Source: an uncultured Arcobacter sp. (GTDB lineage: Bacteria > Campylobacterota > Campylobacteria > Campylobacterales > Arcobacteraceae). Taken from it: a stretch of 64,000 nucleotides of DNA. Both the position numbers and the translations under genes were made by a program. The notes below the pieces were generated by a model. The model was not told the DNA's origin. It made no database searches and saw nothing but the letters and a program-made list of their open reading frames with translations. This document shows positions 60,344-64,000 of the stretch, in pieces. The number at the start of each line of letters is the position of its first letter. Position 1 is the first letter of the stretch. The stretch lies in the NCBI GenBank assembly GCA_965140705.1, contig OZ223300.1, forward strand, positions 608,001 to 672,000. The letters run 5' to 3'.

Positions 60344-61741
60344 TTAACTAGCTAACCAATGTGGTATAATAAGTACTATCCATGGGAGAGATATAAGCAC
60401 TCCTATTCTTATTATTTCTGCTCCAAAGAAAGGCATTACCCCTTTAAATGTCTCTAACATTGGAACATTTTTAGCTATTTTTGATATTATAAATACATTC
60501 AGTCCTACTGGAGGAGTTATTAATCCTAACTCAACAGAAATAAGGGCTAAAACCCCGAACCAAATTTTTAAATCATCATTATTCATACCGAATCCAGCTT
60601 GTGCAGCAGTTACATAATCTCCCCCATTAATGCTTGTAAGCACAGGCCAAATAAATGGAATTACTACAAGAATCATTGCCATTGAATCCATAAAAAAACC
60701 AAGAATTATGAATATTGCTAATATAGCAATAAGTACAATCCATGGACTAACTTGAAGTGTCACTGCCCATTCAGCCATTGCTTGCGGAAGACCAGATCTA
60801 CTAAAAAAACCTTTTAAAACTTCAGCACCAAATAAAATGAAATAAATCATTGCACTTGCTGTTGCAGTTTCAACTAAACTATCTTTTAATCTTTTTAAGG
60901 TTAGGCCTTCCCCTTTGCCTTTTATTATTCTTAAAAAAATGCCATAAAGCCCAATGATGAAAACACCTGCAGCTGCAGCTGGTGTTGGTGTGAATAATCC
61001 AAGACCAAGGCCAAGAATAATTGAACCGAAAGTCAAAATGACTGGAATTAATCTTAATAATGCTTTATTTCTTTCCTCCTTACTTAGTGGTTTAGATGCT
61101 GGTGCAAGTTCAGGTTTTAGCCGTACTTGTATCATTATTACTAGAATAAAAAATAGTACAGCAATAAAACCAGGAAGTATTGCAGCTTGGAACATCTCAA
61201 TTATTGATGATTGAACAACAATAGAGTATAAAACAAGTGCGATTGAAGGGGGAATTAATATTCCTAATGTTCCTCCAGCAGCAAGTGTTCCAGTTGAAAG
61301 TCTTTGAGAATACCCCAATTTATCCAATTCAGGTAGGGCAATTTTTCCCATAGTAGAAGCTGTTGCTAATGAAGAACCAGAAACTGCTCCAAAACCTGCA
61401 CAAGCTGCAATTGCAGTTATTGTTACACCACCTTTAAATCTTCCTAAGATAGCATTCATTCCTTGGAATAAATCCTGTGCTAACTTAGTATGACTTGCTA
61501 AATATCCCATTAGAATAAATAATGGAATAACAGAAAGTTCATAATTTGCTAAGTTCTCCCATAATAGGCTTTTGTATTGCATGATATATGGTATAAATCT
61601 AATATAATTAAAGTATAAAGAGAGGAAAAATGTTCCAACAATTCCTACAAATACCATGGCAAAAGCAACTCTAGCTTTTAATAGTAGTAATACAAAGAAT
61701 ACTACCATTCCTAATAGTCCAATTAATTCTCTTTCACCCAT
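60344..61741 (-). CDS. dctM: TRAP large permease DctM
   Basis: IPLFILMG, GAVSGSS.AT, GGTLGILIPPS, ELGLITPPVGLNVF. Confidence 0.95.
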   Translation of the reverse strand: MGERELIGLLGMVVFFVLLLLKARVAFAMVFVGIVGTFFLSLYFNYIRFIPYIMQYKSLLWENLANYELSVIPLFILMGYLASHTKLAQDLFQGMNAILGRFKGGVTITAIAACAGFGAVSGSSLATASTMGKIALPELDKLGYSQRLSTGTLAAGGTLGILIPPSIALVLYSIVVQSSIIEMFQAAILPGFIAVLFFILVIMIQVRLKPELAPASKPLSKEERNKALLRLIPVILTFGSIILGLGLGLFTPTPAAAAGVFIIGLYGIFLRIIKGKGEGLTLKRLKDSLVETATASAMIYFILFGAEVLKGFFSRSGLPQAMAEWAVTLQVSPWIVLIAILAIFIILGFFMDSMAMILVVIPFIWPVLTSINGGDYVTAAQAGFGMNNDDLKIWFGVLALISVELGLITPPVGLNVFIISKIAKNVPMLETFKGVMPFFGAEIIRIGVLISLPWIVLIIPHWLAS

Positions 61742-62240
61742 TTAATTTCTCCCCCTTTGTAATAAATATTTGATAAATTAATACAATTGTCCACATAACA
61801 AGGGAAATAATTCCAGGAATATAAAAAGGCCATTCTTTCCAACCAAGAATACTTGATAAAGAACCATCACTCTTTGACTCAAGTAGTCCAAAAAACATAA
61901 GAATTCCAAGAAAAATTACTAAAATTAAAGTACAAAATAACCATAAAATATCTAATCTTGTTTGCCATTTTTCAGAAAATTTTGCTGCTAAAAAATCTAC
62001 TGCAACATGTCCTCTTTCTGTTTGAGCCCAAGGAAAAAACATTAAGGCAATACAACTAACAAGAAGTCTTACAAGGTCTTCATATCCAGATAAAGCTCCA
62101 ACATCAGAATTAAATATTCTTGCAACCTTGTCTAATCCAAAAGCAATAATATTTATACTAGTCGTAAGTACAATAACCAGTAAAAGAATACCTGCAAGAT
62201 AAACCCACCATAAACAAGTTTTTTTAATTAGAGCTTCCAT
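61734..62240 (-). CDS. dctQ: TRAP small permease DctQ (start at MEALIKK)
   Basis: Four TM segments, RGHVAVD motif, between dctP and dctM. Confidence 0.88.
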   Translation of the reverse strand: MEALIKKTCLWWVYLAGILLLVIVLTTSINIIAFGLDKVARIFNSDVGALSGYEDLVRLLVSCIALMFFPWAQTERGHVAVDFLAAKFSEKWQTRLDILWLFCTLILVIFLGILMFFGLLESKSDGSLSSILGWKEWPFYIPGIISLVMWTIVLIYQIFITKGEKLNG

Positions 62241-63294
62241 TATTAACCTTATATATTTTCTCATTTTCTCTTATAGCTTTTCTTGCTGTATCTACAAGTT
62301 TTTTACCATCAATTCCTTTTTTATTTGCTTCTTTTATCCATTTTTTAACTACTTGTTCACCTGCTTTATTAAATCCTTCCATAGCTTTATCTGTTAATTT
62401 TATAACTTCTCCACCTTCTGATTCTTCTTGTAGTTTTATACCAGGCTTTTCAACATCCATCCAGATTTGACCAACTTTTTTTACTTCATCCATATCTACA
62501 CTAGTTGAAATAATTTTTTGTAAATCTTTTGGAAGTGAGTTAAATCTATCTTTATTCATTAATAACATGAATACTGATGTTCCAAATCTTTCTCCATTTT
62601 TACCTTCAGTTGAATATTTTGTTAATTGATAAAGTTTATATGGAGGAAAAACTTCAAAAGGAACTAAGGCACCATCTATTGCATTTTTTGATAAAGCTTG
62701 AGGTAGTGTTGGTAATGGCATACCAACTGGTTCTGCACCTAATGCTTCTATTAACCAACCACCACTTCGTGATGGAGTTCTTAATTTTAAACCTTTTAAA
62801 TCAGAAACTTGTTCTACTTTTTTATTTACAGTATGAATTGCATTTCCAGCCGCAACATGTATTAATAATGGTTTAACATCTTTAAAGTCATCTTTTATTA
62901 GATTCATATTTTGTCTAATAGCAATTGTTGTAGCTAATGCATTACCACTATGAACAGTTGGTAATTCATAAACTTCTGTACGAGGGAACACTCCTGGTGT
63001 ATATCCTGCAACTGTCCATACTATATCCGCAGAGCCATCTCTTACTTGTTTATAAAGTTCATTTGGTTTTCCTCCCATAGTCATAGAAGGATATATATCT
63101 ATTTTTATTCTTCCTTTTGAAGCTTTTTCAATCTTCTTAGCCCATGGAATAAGAAATTTAGTTTGAAGAGCTGAATTTGGACTCAAAAAATGATGAACTG
63201 TAATTACTTCTACCTTATCTTTTCCCCATAAAGAATTTGTTATAAGTAATAAACTTGCGGTAAAAATCGCACCCTTTTGTAGTAATTTTTTCAT
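62224..63294 (-). CDS. dctP: TRAP substrate-binding protein (DctP paralogue 4, in the dctPQM unit)
   Basis: HHFLSP, YTPGVFPRTE, GLKLRTPSR. Confidence 0.92.
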   Translation of the reverse strand: MKKLLQKGAIFTASLLLITNSLWGKDKVEVITVHHFLSPNSALQTKFLIPWAKKIEKASKGRIKIDIYPSMTMGGKPNELYKQVRDGSADIVWTVAGYTPGVFPRTEVYELPTVHSGNALATTIAIRQNMNLIKDDFKDVKPLLIHVAAGNAIHTVNKKVEQVSDLKGLKLRTPSRSGGWLIEALGAEPVGMPLPTLPQALSKNAIDGALVPFEVFPPYKLYQLTKYSTEGKNGERFGTSVFMLLMNKDRFNSLPKDLQKIISTSVDMDEVKKVGQIWMDVEKPGIKLQEESEGGEVIKLTDKAMEGFNKAGEQVVKKWIKEANKKGIDGKKLVDTARKAIRENEKIYKVNNGSSN

Positions 63295-63324
63295 AAATAT
63301 TCCCCCTTTGTATTTATTTAAATC

Positions 63325-64000
63325 TTATGTTAAAAGTTTCTTTTCTAATGCATCAAGTACTTTCATTGCTGCTAATGCTTGTTTTACACTAGCATTTGGC
63401 TCTCTTTTTTCTTTTATTGCAGAGATAAATTCTCTATCTTGTAGTTCAATACCATTCATTGATACTGCTACTTTAGATACATCAATTTGTTCTTCTTTAC
63501 CCGTAAATAAATCATCATATCTAGCTATATATGTGCCATTGTCACAGATATATCTAAAAAATGTACCCAATGGTCCATCATTATTAAAAGATAAAGATAA
63601 AGTACAAAGCTTTCCACTTGGTGTTTTAAGTCCAATACTCATATCAAGTGCAATTCCAAGTTCTGGATGAATAGGTCCTTGCATAGCTTGAACTTCTGAA
63701 ATCTCTTCACCTGTTTGATAAGCAAATAAATCTACTGTATGACAAGCGTGATGCCATAAAAGATGATCAGTCCAACTTCGTGGTTCCCCTAGAGCATTTG
63801 TATTTGTTCTTCTAAAAAAGTAAGTTTGTACGTCCATTTGTTGGATATTTAACTCACCAGCTGTTATTTTATTATGAATATATTGGTGTGATGGATTAAA
63901 TCTTCTTGTATGACCAGCCATTGCTACAAGCCCAGTTTTATTTTGAACATTGACAATTGCTTGTGCGTCTTCCAAAGAGTCAGCCATAGGTATTTCTATC
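63325..64000 (-). CDS. ligC: 4-carboxy-2-hydroxymuconate-6-semialdehyde dehydrogenase (LigC/PmdC); 5' end is outside the window
   Basis: EIPMADS, GHTRRFNPSHQYIHNKI, QMDVQTYFFRR, PRSWTDHLLWHHA.HTVDLF, SMNGIELQDREF; the frame is open to the window edge. Confidence 0.92.
   Translation of the reverse strand, partial: IEIPMADSLEDAQAIVNVQNKTGLVAMAGHTRRFNPSHQYIHNKITAGELNIQQMDVQTYFFRRTNTNALGEPRSWTDHLLWHHACHTVDLFAYQTGEEISEVQAMQGPIHPELGIALDMSIGLKTPSGKLCTLSLSFNNDGPLGTFFRYICDNGTYIARYDDLFTGKEEQIDVSKVAVSMNGIELQDREFISAIKEKREPNASVKQALAAMKVLDALEKKLLT

Overview
Very AT-rich bacterial DNA, most likely Arcobacteraceae (Campylobacterota), inferred from the napAGHBFLD gene order, the epsilon-type porin and the MCP style. 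1-26 kb is core-like: a partial Cache-type sensor, LysE exporter, aapJQMP amino-acid ABC transporter, nap operon, YbiB-like and siroheme genes, a Crp/Fnr regulator coupled to a kinase-less NarX/PilJ-type sensor, moaA, rpsO, Rrf2/DHH, mltC and an MCP. 26-29 kb is an arsRBCP operon with a perfect 18-bp inverted repeat. From about 29.2 kb to the window end lies a large aromatic (lignin-monomer) catabolic region: acyl-CoA dehydrogenase, ech, vdh-like, ferA-like ligase, vanA, pobA, mobA and ligC (protocatechuate 4,5-cleavage). It also holds HpaB-like and RdpA/TauD-like oxygenases, four DctP paralogues with one DctQM, a porin, five regulators and a recurring CGNAC-N4-GTNCG operator-like motif. Inside this region, downstream of vanA, sit two inverted copies of an approximately 220-nt structured element with covarying stems and a stand-alone GIY-YIG nuclease gene. 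No rRNA, tRNA, CRISPR array or transposase was seen. All functional calls come from motif recognition and recalled family sequences, not database searches.
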